Positions 14,101 through 27,700 of a stretch of DNA of 64,000 bases are shown piece by piece. Position 1 is the stretch's first letter. Each line of letters starts with the position of its first letter. The position numbers were made by a program, and so were the translations under genes. The DNA is from the human T2T-CHM13v2.0 reference genome, Homo sapiens. Where the stretch lies: assembly GCF_009914755.1 (NCBI RefSeq), contig NC_060925.1. One strand, written 5' to 3'. The notes under the pieces are model-generated. The model ran no database searches. It was not told the DNA's origin and saw only the letters and a program-made list of their open reading frames with translations.

Positions 14101-17100
14101 TATGAACAGAAAGGTTAAACTCTGTGAGTTGAACGCACACATCACACAGGAGTTTCTGAGAATCATTCTGTCTAGTCTTTATACGAAGATATTTACTTTT
14201 CTACCATTGACTTCAAAGCGGCTGAAATCTCCACTTGCAAATTCCACAAAAAGAGTGTTTCAAGTCTGCTCTGTGTAAAGGATCATTCAACTCTGTGAGT
14301 TGAATAAACACAACACAAGGAAGTTACTGAGAATTCTTCTGTCTAGCAGAATATGAAGAAATCCCGTTTCCAACGAAGGCCTCAAGGAGGTCTGAATATC
14401 CACTTGCAGACTTTACAAACAGAGTGTTTCCTAACTGCTCTATGAAAAGAAAGGTTAAACTCTGTGAGTTGAACGCACACATCACAAAGGAGTTTATGAG
14501 AATCATTCTGTCTAGTTTCTATAAGAAGATATTTCCTATTCTACCATTGACCTCAAAGCGGCTGAAATCTCCACTTGCAAATTCGACAAAAAGAGTGTTT
14601 CAAGCCTGCTCTCTGTAAAGGATCCTTCAACTCTGTGAGTTGAATACACACAACACAAGGAAGTTACTGAGAATTATTCTGTCTAGCAGAATATGAAGAA
14701 ATCCCGTTTCCAACGAAGGCCTCAAAGAGGTCTGAATATCCACTTGCAGACTTTACAAACAGAGTGTTTCCTAACTGCTCTATGAGAAGAAAAGTTAAAC
14801 TCTGTGAGTTGAACGCACACATCACAAAAGATTTTCTGAGAATCATTCTGTCTAGTCTTTATATGAACATAGTTTCCTTTTCTACCATTGACCTCAAAGC
14901 GGCTGAAATCTCCACTTGCAAATTCCACAAAAAGAGTGTTTCAAGCCTGCTCTCTGTAAAGGATCCTTCAACTCTGTGAGTTGAATACACACAACACAAG
15001 GAAGTTACTGAGAATTATTCTGTCTAGCAGAATATGAAGAAATCCCGTTTCCAACGAAGGCCTCAAAGAGGTCTGAATATCCACTTGCAGACTTTACAAA
15101 CAGAGTGTTTCCTAACTGCTCTATGAAAAGAAAGGTTAAACTCTGTGAGTTGAACGCACACATCACAAAGGAGTTTATGAGAATCATTCTGTCTAGTTTC
15201 TATAAGAAGATATTTCCTATTCTACCATTGACCTCAAAGCGGCTGAAATCTCCACTTGCAAATTCCACAAAAAGAGTGTTTCAAGCCTGCTCTCTGTAAA
15301 GGATCCTTCAACTCTGTGAGTTGAATACACACAACACAAGGAAGTTACTGAGAATTATTCTGTCTAGCATAATATGAAGAAATCCCGTTTCCAACGAAGG
15401 CCTCAAAGAGGTCTGAATATCCACTTGCAGACTTTACAAACAGAGTGTTTCCTAACTGCTCTATGAGAAGAAAAGTTAAACTCTGTGAGTTGAACGCACA
15501 CATCACAAAAGATTTTCTGAGAATCATTCTGTCTAGTCTTTATATGAAGATAGTTTCCTTTTCTACCATTGACCTCAAAGCGGCTGAAATCTCCACTTGC
15601 AAATTCCACAAAAAGAGTGTTTCAAGTCTGCTCTGTGTAAAGGATCGTTCAACTCTGTGAGTTGAATACACACAACACAAGGAAGTTACTGAGAATTCTT
15701 CTGTCTAGCAGAATATGAAGAAATCCCGTTTCCAACGAAGGCCACAAGATGTCTGAATATCCACTTGCAGACTTTACAAACAGAGTGTTTCCTAACTGCT
15801 CTATGAACAGAAAGGTTAAACTCTGTGAGTTGAACGAACACATCACAACGCAGTTTGTGGGAATGATTCTGTCTAGTTTTGAAACGAAGATATTTCCTTT
15901 TCTGCCGTTGACCTTAAAGCGCTTGAAATCTACACTTGCAAATTGCACAAATAGAGTGTTTCAAATCTGCTCTGTCTAAGGGAACGTTCAACTCTGTGAG
16001 TTGAATGCACACAACACAAGGAAGTTACTGGGAATTCTTCTGTCTAGCCTTACATGAAAAAAACCCGTTTCCAACGAAGGCCTCTAAGTGGTCAAAATAT
16101 CCACGTGCAGACTTTACAAACAGAGTGTTTCCAAACCGCTGAATGAAAAGAAAAGTTAAGCTCTGAGAGTTGAACGCACACATCACGCAGCAGTTTCTGA
16201 GAATGATTCTGTCTAGTTTTTATACGAAGATATTTCCTTTTCTGCCTTTGGCCCCAAAGCGCTTGAAATCTCCACTTGCAAATTCCACAAAAACAGTGTT
16301 TCAAATCTGCTCTCTCTAAATGAAAGTTCAACTCTGTCAGTTGAATACACACAACACAAGGAAGTTACTGAGAATTCTTCTGTCTAGCATAATATGAAGA
16401 AATCCCGTTTCCAACGAAGGCCTCAAAGGGGTCTGAATATCCACTTGCAGACTTTATAAACAGAGTGTTTACTAACTGCTCTATGAAAAGAAAGGTTAAA
16501 CTCTGTGAGTTGAACACACACATCACAAAGGAGTTTCTGAGAATCATTCTGTCTAGTTTTTCTACGAAGATATTTCCTTTTCTACTATTGACCTGAAAGT
16601 GGCTGAAATCTCCACTTGCAAATTCCACAAAAAGAGTGTTTCAAGTCTGCTCTGTGTAAAGGATCGTTCAACTCTGTGAGTTGAATACACACAACACAAG
16701 AAAGTTACTGAGAATTCTTCTGTCTAGCAGAATAGGAAGAAATCCCGTTTCCAACGAAGGCCTCAAAGAGGTCTGAATATCCACTTGCAGACTTTACAAA
16801 CAGAGTGTTTCCTAACTGCTCTATGAAAAGAAAAGTTAAACTCTGTGAGTTGAACGCACACATCACAAAGGAGTTTCTGAGAATCGTTCTGTCTAGTTTC
16901 TATAGGAAGATATTTCCTATTCTACCATTGACCTCAAAGCGGCTGAAATCTCCACTTGCAAATTCCACAAAAAGAATGTTTCAAGTCTGCTCTGTGTAAA
17001 GGATCGTTCAACTCTGTGAGTTGAATACACACAACACAAGGAAGTTACTGAGAATTATTCTGTCTAGCAGAATATGAAGAAATCCCGTTTCCAACGAAGG

Positions 17101-20100
17101 CCACAAGATGTCAGAATATCCACTTACAGACTTTACAAACAGAGTGTTTCCTAACTGCTCTATGAACAGAAAGGTTAAACTCTGTGAGTTGAACGAACAC
17201 ATCACAACGCAGTTTGTGGGAATGATTCTGTCTAGTTTTGAAACGAAGATATTTCCTTTTCTGCCGTTGACCTTAAAGCGCTTGAAATCTACACTTGCAA
17301 ATTGCACAAATAGAGTGTTTCAAATCTGCTCTGTCTAAGGGAACGTTCAACTCTGTGAGTTGAATGCACACAACACAAGGAAGTTACTGGGAATTCTTCT
17401 GTCTAGCCTTACATGAAAAAACCCGTTTCCAACGAAGGCCTCTAAGTGGTCAAAATATACACGTGCAGACTTTACAAACAGAGTGTTTCCAAACCGCTGA
17501 ATGAAAAGAAAAGTTAAACTCTGAGAGTTGAACGCACACATCACGCAGCAGTTTCTGAGAATGACTCTGTCTAGTTTTTATACGAAGATATTTCCTTTTC
17601 TGCCTTTGGCCCCAAAGCGCTTGAAATCTCCACTTGCAAATTCCACAAAAACAGTGTTTCAAATCTGCTCTCTCTAAATGAAAGTTCAACTCTGTCAGTT
17701 GAATACACACTACACAAGGAAGTTACTGAGAATTCTTCTGTCTAGCATAATATGAAGTAATCCCGTTTCCAACGAAGGCCTCAAAGGGGTCTGAATATCC
17801 ACTTGCAGACTTTATAAACAGAGTGTTTACTAACTGCTCTATGAAAAGAAAGGTTAAACTCTGTGAGTTGAACACACACATCACAAAGGAGTTTCTGAGA
17901 ATCATTCTGTCTAGTTTTTCTACGAAGATATTTCCTTTTCTACTATTGACCTCAAAGCGGCTGAAATCTCCACTTGCAAATTCCACAAAAAGAATGTTTC
18001 AAGTCTGCTCTGTGTAAAGGATCGTTCAACTCTGTGAGTTGAATACACACAACACAAGGAAGTTACTGAGAATTATTCTGTCTAGCAGAATATGAAGAAA
18101 TCCCGTTTCCAACGAAGGCCCCAAAGAGGTCTGAATATCCACTTGCAGACTTTACAAACAGAGTGTTTCCTAACTGCTCTGTGAAAAGAAAAGTTAAACT
18201 CTGTGAGTTGAACGCACACATCACAAAGGAGTTTATGAGAATCATTCTGTCTAGTCTTTATACGAAGATATTTCCTTTTCTACCATTGACCTCAAAGCGG
18301 CTGAAATCTCCACTTTCAAATTCCACAAAAAGAGTGTTTCAAGTCTGCTCTGTGTAAAGGATCGTTCAACTCTGTGAGTAGAATACACACAACACAAGGA
18401 AGTTACTGAGAATTCTTCTGTCTAGCAGAATATGAAGAAATCCCGTTTCCAACGAAGGCCTCAAGGAGGTCTGAATATCCACTTGCAGACTTTACAAACA
18501 GAGTGTTTCCTAACTGCTCTATGAACAGAAAGGTTAAACTCTGTGAGTTGAACGCACACATCACAAAGGAGTTTCTGAGAATCATTCTGTCTAGTCTTTA
18601 TATGAAGATATTTACTTTTCTACCATTGACTTCAAAGCGGCTGAAATCTCCACTTGCAAATTCCACAAAAAGAGTGTTTCAAGTCTGCTCTGTGTAAAGG
18701 ATCATTCAACTCTGTGAGTTGAATAAACACAACACAAGGAAGTTACTGAGAATTCTTCTGTCTAGCAGAATATGAAGAAATCCCGTTTCCAACGAAGGCC
18801 TCAAGGAGGTCTGAATATCCACTTGCAGACTTTACAAACAGAGTGTTTCCTAACTGCTCTATGAAAAGAAAGGTTAAACTCTGTGAGTTGAACGCACACA
18901 TCACAAAGGAGTTTATGAGAATCATTCTGTCTAGTTTCTATAAGAAGATATTTCCTATTCTACCATTGACCTCAAAGCGGCTGAAATCTCCACTTGCAAA
19001 TTCGACAAAAAGAGTGTTTCAAGCCTGCTCTCTGTAAAGGATCCTTCAACTCTGTGAGTTGAATACACACAACACAAGGAAGTTACTGAGAATTATTCTG
19101 TCTAGCATAATATGAAGAAATCCCGTTTCCAACGAAGGCCTCAAAGAGGTCTGAATATCCACTTGCAGACTTTACAAACAGAGTGTTTCCTAACTGCTCT
19201 ATGAGAAGAAAAGTTAAACTCTGTGAGTTGAACGCACACATCACAAAAGATTTTCTGAGAATCATTCTGTCTAGTCTTTATATGAAGATAGTTTCCTTTT
19301 CTACCATTGACCTCAAAGCGGCTGAAATCTCCACTTGCAAATTCCACAAAAAGAGTGTTTCAAGTCTGCTCTGTGTAAAGGATCGTTCAACTCTGTGAGT
19401 TGAATACACACAACACAAGGAAGTTACTGAGAATTATTCTGTCTAGCAGAATATGAAGAAATCCCGTTTCCAACGAAGGCCACAAGATGTCAGAATATCC
19501 ACTTACAGACTTTACAAACAGAGTGTTTCCTAACTGCTCTATGAACAGAAAGGTTAAACTCTGTGAGTTGAACGAACACATCACAACGCAGTTTGTGGGA
19601 ATGATTCTGTCTAGTTTTGAAACGAAGATATTTCCTTTTCTGCCGTTGACCTTAAAGCGCTTGAAATCTACACTTGCAAATTGCACAAATAGAGTGTTTC
19701 AAATCTGCTCTGTCTAAGGGAACGTTCAACTCTGTGAGTTGAATGCACACAACACAAGGAAGTTACTGGGAATTCTTCTGTCTAGCCTTACATGAAAAAA
19801 CCCGTTTCCAACGAAGGCCTCTAAGTGGTCAAAATATACACGTGCAGACTTTACAAACAGAGTGTTTCCAAACCGCTGAATGAAAAGAAAAGTTAAACTC
19901 TGAGAGTTGAACGCACACATCACGCAGCAGTTTCTGAGAATGACTCTGTCTAGTTTTTATACGAAGATATTTCCTTTTCTGCCTTTGGCCCCAAAGCGCT
20001 TGAAATCTCCACTTGCAAATTCCACAAAAACAGTGTTTCAAATCTGCTCTCTCTAAATGAAAGTTCAACTCTGTCAGTTGAATACACACTACACAAGGAA

Positions 20101-23100
20101 GTTACTGAGAATTCTTCTGTCTAGCATAATATGAAGAAATCCCGTTTCCAACGAAGGCCTCAAAGGGGTCTGAATATCCACTTGCAGACTTTATAAACAG
20201 AGTGTTTACTAACTGCTCTATGAAAAGAAAGGTTAAACTCTGTGAGTTGAACACACACATCACAAAGGAGTTTCTGAGAATCATTCTGTCTAGTTTTTCT
20301 ACGAAGATATTTCCTTTTCTACTATTGACCTGAAAGCGGCTGAAATCTCCACTTGCAAATTCCACAAAAAGAGTGTTTCAAGTCTGCTCTGTGTAAAGGA
20401 TCGTTCAACTCTGTGAGTTGAATACACACAACACAAGGAAGTTACTGAGAATTCTTCTGTCTAGCAGAATATGAAGAAATCCCGTTTCCAACGAAGGCCT
20501 CAAAGAGGTCTGAATATCCACATGCAGACTTTACAAACAGAGTGTTTCCTAACTGCTCTATGAAAAGAAAAGTTAAACTCTGTGAGTTGAACGCACACAT
20601 CACAAAGGAGTTTATGAGAATCATTCTGTCTAGTCTTTATACGAAGATATTTCCTTTTCTACCATTGACCTCAAAGCGGCTGAAATCTCCACTTTCAAAT
20701 TCTACAAAAAGTGTGTTTCAAGTCTGCTCTGTGTAAAGGATCGTTCAACTCTGTGAGTAGAATACACACAACACAAGGAAGTTACTGAGAATTATTCTGT
20801 CTAGCAGAATATGAAGAAATCCCGTTTCCAACGAAGGCCTCAAGGAGGTCTGAATATCCACTTGCAGACTTTACAAACAGAGTGTTTCCTAACTGCTCTA
20901 TGAACAGAAAGGTTAAACTCTGTGAGTTGAACGCACACATCACAAAGGAGTTTCTGAGAATCATTCTGTCTAGTCTTTATACGAAGATATTTACTTTTCT
21001 ACCATTGACTTCAAAGCGGCTGAAATCTCCACTTGCAAATTCCACAAAAAGAGTGTTTCAAGTCTGCTCTGTGTAAAGGATCATTCAACTCTGTGAGTTG
21101 AATAAACACAACACAAGGAAGTTACTGAGAATTCTTCTGTCTAGCAGAATATGAAGAAATCCCGTTTCCAACGAAGGCCTCAAGGAGGTCTGAATATCCA
21201 CTTGCAGACTTTACAAACAGAGTGTTTCCTAACTGCTCTATGAAAAGAAAGGTTAAACTCTGTGAGTTGAACGCACACATCACAAAGGAGTTTATGAGAA
21301 TCATTCTGTCTAGTTTCTATAAGAAGATATTTCCTATTCTACCATTGACCTCAAAGCGGCTGAAATCTCCACTTGCAAATTCGACAAAAAGAGTGTTTCA
21401 AGCCTGCTCTCTGTAAAGGATCCTTCAACTCTGTGAGTTGAATACACACAACACAAGGAAGTTACTGAGAATTATTCTGTCTAGCAGAATATGAAGAAAT
21501 CCCGTTTCCAACGAAGGCCTCAAAGAGGTCTGAATATCCACTTGCAGACTTTACAAACAGAGTGTTTCCTAACTGCTCTATGAAAAGAAAGGTTAAACTC
21601 TGTGAGTTGAACGCACACATCACAAAAGATTTTCTGAGAATCATTCTGTCTAGTCTTTATATGAACATAGTTTCCTTTTCTACCATTGACCTCAAAGCGG
21701 CTGAAATCTCCACTTGCAAATTCCACAAAAAGAGTGTTTCAAGCCTGCTCTCTGTAAAGGATCCTTCAACTCTGTGAGTTGAATACACACAACACAAGGA
21801 AGTTACTGAGAATTATTCTGTCTAGCAGAATATGAAGAAATCCCGTTTCCAACGAAGGCCTCAAAGAGGTCTGAATATCCACTTGCAGACTTTACAAACA
21901 GAGTGTTTCCTAACTGCTCTATGAAAAGAAAGGTTAAACTCTGTGAGTTGAACGCACACATCACAAAGGAGTTTATGAGAATCATTCTGTCTAGTTTCTA
22001 TAAGAAGATATTTCCTATTCTACCATTGACCTCAAAGCGGCTGAAATCTCCACTTGCAAATTCCACAAAAAGAGTGTTTCAAGCCTGCTCTCTGTAAAGG
22101 ATCCTTCAACTCTGTGAGTTGAATACACACAACACAAGGAAGTTACTGAGAATTATTCTGTCTAGCATAATATGAAGAAATCCCGTTTCCAACGAAGGCC
22201 TCAAAGAGGTCTGAATATCCACTTGCAGACTTTACAAACAGAGTGTTTCCTAACTGCTCTATGAGAAGAAAAGTTAAACTCTGTGAGTTGAACGCACACA
22301 TCACAAAAGATTTTCTGAGAATCATTCTGTCTAGTCTTTATATGAAGATAGTTTCCTTTTCTACCATTGACCTCAAAGCGGCTGAAATCTCCACTTGCAA
22401 ATTCCACAAAAAGAGTGTTTCAAGTCTGCTCTGTGTAAAGGATCGTTCAACTCTGTGAGTTGAATACACACAACACAAGGAAGTTACTGAGAATTCTTCT
22501 GTCTAGCAGAATATGAAGAAATCCCGTTTCCAACGAAGGCCACAAGATGTCTGAATATCCACTTGCAGACTTTACAAACAGAGTGTTTCCTAACTGCTCT
22601 ATGAACAGAAAGGTTAAACTCTGTGAGTTGAACGAACACATCACAACGCAGTTTGTGGGAATGATTCTGTCTAGTTTTGAAACGAAGATATTTCCTTTTC
22701 TGCCGTTGACCTTAAAGCGCTTGAAATCTACACTTGCAAATTGCACAAATAGAGTGTTTCAAATCTGCTCTGTCTAAGGGAACGTTCAACTCTGTGAGTT
22801 GAATGCACACAACACAAGGAAGTTACTGGGAATTCTTCTGTCTAGCCTTACATGAAAAAAACCCGTTTCCAACGAAGGCCTCTAAGTGGTCAAAATATCC
22901 ACGTGCAGACTTTACAAACAGAGTGTTTCCAAACCGCTGAATGAAAAGAAAAGTTAAGCTCTGAGAGTTGAACGCACACATCACGCAGCAGTTTCTGAGA
23001 ATGATTCTGTCTAGTTTTTATACGAAGATATTTCCTTTTCTGCCTTTGGCCCCAAAGCGCTTGAAATCTCCACTTGCAAATTCCACAAAAACAGTGTTTC

Positions 23101-24750
23101 AAATCTGCTCTCTCTAAATGAAAGTTCAACTCTGTCAGTTGAATACACACAACACAAGGAAGTTACTGAGAATTCTTCTGTCTAGCATAATATGAAGAAA
23201 TCCCGTTTCCAACGAAGGCCTCAAAGGGGTCTGAATATCCACTTGCAGACTTTATAAACAGAGTGTTTACTAACTGCTCTATGAAAAGAAAGGTTAAACT
23301 CTGTGAGTTGAACACACACATCACAAAGGAGTTTCTGAGAATCATTCTGTCTAGTTTTTCTACGAAGATATTTCCTTTTCTACTATTGACCTGAAAGTGG
23401 CTGAAATCTCCACTTGCAAATTCCACAAAAAGAGTGTTTCAAGTCTGCTCTGTGTAAAGGATCGTTCAACTCTGTGAGTTGAATACACACAACACAAGAA
23501 AGTTACTGAGAATTCTTCTGTCTAGCAGAATAGGAAGAAATCCCGTTTCCAACGAAGGCCTCAAAGAGGTCTGAATATCCACTTGCAGACTTTACAAACA
23601 GAGTGTTTCCTAACTGCTCTATGAAAAGAAAAGTTAAACTCTGTGAGTTGAACGCACACATCACAAAGGAGTTTCTGAGAATCGTTCTGTCTAGTTTCTA
23701 TAGGAAGATATTTCCTATTCTACCATTGACCTCAAAGCGGCTGAAATCTCCACTTGCAAATTCCACAAAAAGAATGTTTCAAGTCTGCTCTGTGTAAAGG
23801 ATCGTTCAACTCTGTGAGTTGAATACACACAACACAAGGAAGTTACTGAGAATTATTCTGTCTAGCAGAATATGAAGAAATCCCGTTTCCAACGAAGGCC
23901 ACAAGATGTCAGAATATCCACTTACAGACTTTACAAACAGAGTGTTTCCTAACTGCTCTATGAACAGAAAGGTTAAACTCTGTGAGTTGAACGAACACAT
24001 CACAACGCAGTTTGTGGGAATGATTCTGTCTAGTTTTGAAACGAAGATATTTCCTTTTCTGCCGTTGACCTTAAAGCGCTTGAAATCTACACTTGCAAAT
24101 TGCACAAATAGAGTGTTTCAAATCTGCTCTGTCTAAGGGAACGTTCAACTCTGTGAGTTGAATGCACACAACACAAGGAAGTTACTGGGAATTCTTCTGT
24201 CTAGCCTTACATGAAAAAACCCGTTTCCAACGAAGGCCTCTAAGTGGTCAAAGTATACACGTGCAGACTTTACAAACAGAGTGTTTCCAAACCGCTGAAT
24301 GAAAAGAAAAGTTAAACTCTGAGAGTTGAACGCACACATCACGCAGCAGTTTCTGAGAATGACTCTGTCTAGTTTTTATACGAAGATATTTCCTTTTCTG
24401 CCTTTGGCCCCAAAGCGCTTGAAATCTCCACTTGCAAATTCCACAAAAACAGTGTTTCAAATCTGCTCTCTCTAAATGAAAGTTCAACTCTGTCAGTTGA
24501 ATACACACTACACAAGGAAGTTACTGAGAATTCTTCTGTCTAGCATAATATGAAGTAATCCCGTTTCCAACGAAGGCCTCAAAGGGGTCTGAATATCCAC
24601 TTGCAGACTTTATAAACAGAGTGTTTACTAACTGCTCTATGAAAAGAAAGGTTAAACTCTGTGAGTTGAACACACACATCACAAAGGAGTTTCTGAGAAT
24701 CATTCTGTCTAGTTTTTCTACGAAGATATTTCCTTTTCTACTATTGACCT
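11147..24750. repeat. 6798-bp tandem duplication (40 monomers; 18+8+14-mer spacing), two copies
   Basis: ORF pairs are offset by exactly 6798 (11265/18063, 13644/20442, 14722/21520, 16365/23163, 17008/23806). Shared rare alleles include atgaacatag, gatgtctgaa and the A7 tract at 16057/22855. I counted roughly ten substitutions between copies by eye. Confidence 0.88.
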
Positions 24751-27700
24751 GAAAGCGGCTGAAATCTCCACTTGCAAATTCCACAAAAAGAGTGTTTCAA
24801 GTCTGCTCTGTGTAAAGGATCGTTCAACTCTGTGAGTTGAATACACACAACACAAGGACGTTACTGAGAATTCTTCTGTCTAGCAGAATATGAAGAAATC
24901 CCGTTTCCAACGAAGGCCTCAAAGAGGTCTGAATATCCACATGCAGACTTTACAAACAGAGTGTTTCCTAACTGCTCTATGAAAAGAAAAGTTAAACTCT
25001 GTGAGTTGAACGCACACATCACAAAGGAGTTTATGAGAATCATTCTGTCTAGTCTTTATACGAAGATATTTCCTTTTCTACCATTGACCTCAAAGCGGCT
25101 GAAATCTCCACTTTCAAATTCTACAAAAAGTGTGTTTCAAGTCTGCTCTGTGTAAAGGATCGTTCAACTCTGTGAGTAGAATACACACAACACAAGGAAG
25201 TTACTGAGAATTATTCTGTCTAGCAGAATATGAAGAAATCCCGTTTCCAACGAAGGCCTCAAGGAGGTCTGAATATCCACTTGCAGACTTTACAAACAGA
25301 GTGTTTCCTAACTGCTCTATGAACAGAAAGGTTAAACTCTGTGAGTTGAACGCACACATCACAAAGGAGTTTCTGAGAATCATTCTGTCTAGTCTTTATA
25401 CGAAGATATTTACTTTTCTACCATTGACCTCAAAGCGGCTGAAATCTCCACTTGCAAATTCCACAAAAAGAGTGTTTCAAGCCTGCTCTCTGTAAAGGAT
25501 CCTTCAACTCTGTGAGTTGAATACACACAACACAAGGAAGTTACTGAGAATTATTCTGTCTAGCAGAATATGAAGAAATCCCGTTTCCAACGAAGGCCTC
25601 AAAGAGGTCTGAATATCCACTTGCAGACTTTACAAACAGAGTGTTTCCTAACTGCTCTATGAAAAGAAAGGTTAAACTCTGTGAGTTGAACGCACACATC
25701 ACAAAGGAGTTTATGAGAATCATTCTGTCTAGTTTCTATAAGAAGATATTTCCTATTCTACCATTGACCTCAAAGCGGCTGAAATCTCCACTTGCAAATT
25801 CCACAAAAAGAGTGTTTCAAGCCTGCTCTCTGTAAAGGATCCTTCAACTCTGTGAGTTGAATACACACAACACAAGGAAGTTACTGAGAATTATTCTGTC
25901 TAGCATAATATGAAGAAATCCCGTTTCCAACGAAGGCCTCAAAGAGGTCTGAATATCCACTTGCAGACTTTACAAACAGAGTGTTTCCTAACTGCTCTAT
26001 GAGAAGAAAAGTTAAACTCTGTGAGTTGAACGCACACATCACAAAAGATTTTCTGAGAATCATTCTGTCTAGTCTTTATATGAAGATAGTTTCCTTTTCT
26101 ACCATTGACCTCAAAGCGGCTGAAATCTCCACTTGCAAATTCCACAAAAAGAGTGTTTCAAGTCTGCTCTGTGTAAAGGATCGTTCAACTCTGTGAGTTG
26201 AATACACACAACACAAGGAAGTTACTGAGAATTCTTCTGTCTAGCAGAATATGAAGAAATCCCGTTTCCAACGAAGGCCACAAGATGTCAGAATATCCAC
26301 TTGCAGACTTTACAAACAGAGTGTTTCCTAACTGCTCTATGAACAGAAAGGTTAAACTCTGTGAGTTGAACGAACACATCACAACGCAGTTTGTGGGAAT
26401 GATTCTGTCTAGTTTTGAAACGAAGATATTTCCTTTTCTGCCGTTGACCTTAAAGCGCTTGAAATCTACACTTGCAAATTGCACAAATAGAGTGTTTCAA
26501 ATCTGCTCTGTCTAAGGGAACGTTCAACTCTGTGAGTTGAATGCACACAACACAAGGAAGTTACTGGGAATTCTTCTGTCTAGCCTTACATGAAAAAACC
26601 CGTTTCCAACGAAGGCCTCTAAGTGGTCAAAATATCCACGTGCAGACTTTACAAACAGAGTGTTTCCAAACCGCTGAATGAAAAGAAAAGTTAAGCTCTG
26701 AGAGTTGAACGCACACATCACGCAGCAGTTTCTGAGAATGATTCTGTCTAGTTTTTATACGAAGATATTTCCTTTTCTGCCTTTGGCCCCAAAGCGCTTG
26801 AAATCTCCACTTGCAAATTCCACAAAAACAGTGTTTCAAATCTGCTCTCTCTAAATGAAAGTTCAACTCTGTCAGTTGAATACACACAACACAAGGAAGT
26901 TACTGAGAATTCTTCTGTCTAGCATAATATGAAGAAATCCCATTTCCAACGAAGGCCTCAAAGGGGTCTGAATATCCACTTGCAGACTTTATAAACAGAG
27001 TGTTTACTAACTGCTCTATGAAAAGAAAGGTTAAACTCTGTGAGTTGAACACACACATCACAAAGGAGTTTCTGAGAATCATTCTGTCTAGTTTTTCTAC
27101 GAAGATATTTCCTTTTCTACTATTGACCTGAAAGTGGCTGAAATCTCCACTTGCAAATTCCACAAAAAGAGTGTTTCAAGTCTGCTCTGTGTAAAGGATC
27201 GTTCAACTCTGTGAGTTGAATACACACAACACAAGAAAGTTACTGAGAATTCTTCTGTCTAGCAGAATAGGAAGAAATCCCGTTTCCAACGAAGGCCTCA
27301 AAGAGGTCTGAATATCCACTTGCAGACTTTACAAACAGAGTGTTTCCTAACTGCTCTATGAAAAGAAAAGTTAAACTCTGTGAGTTGAACGCACACATCA
27401 CAAAGGAGTTTCTGAGAATCGTTCTGTCTAGTTTCTATAGGAAGATATTTCCTATTCTACCATTGACCTCAAAGCGGCTGAAATCTCCACTTGCAAATTC
27501 CACAAAAAGAATGTTTCAAGTCTGCTCTGTGTAAAGGATCGTTCAACTCTGTGAGTTGAATACACACAACACAAGGAAGTTACTGAGAATTATTCTGTCT
27601 AGCAGAATATGAAGAAATCCCGTTTCCAACGAAGGCCCCAAAGAGGTCTGAATATCCACTTGCAGACTTTACAAACAGAGTGTTTCCTAACTGCTCTGTG

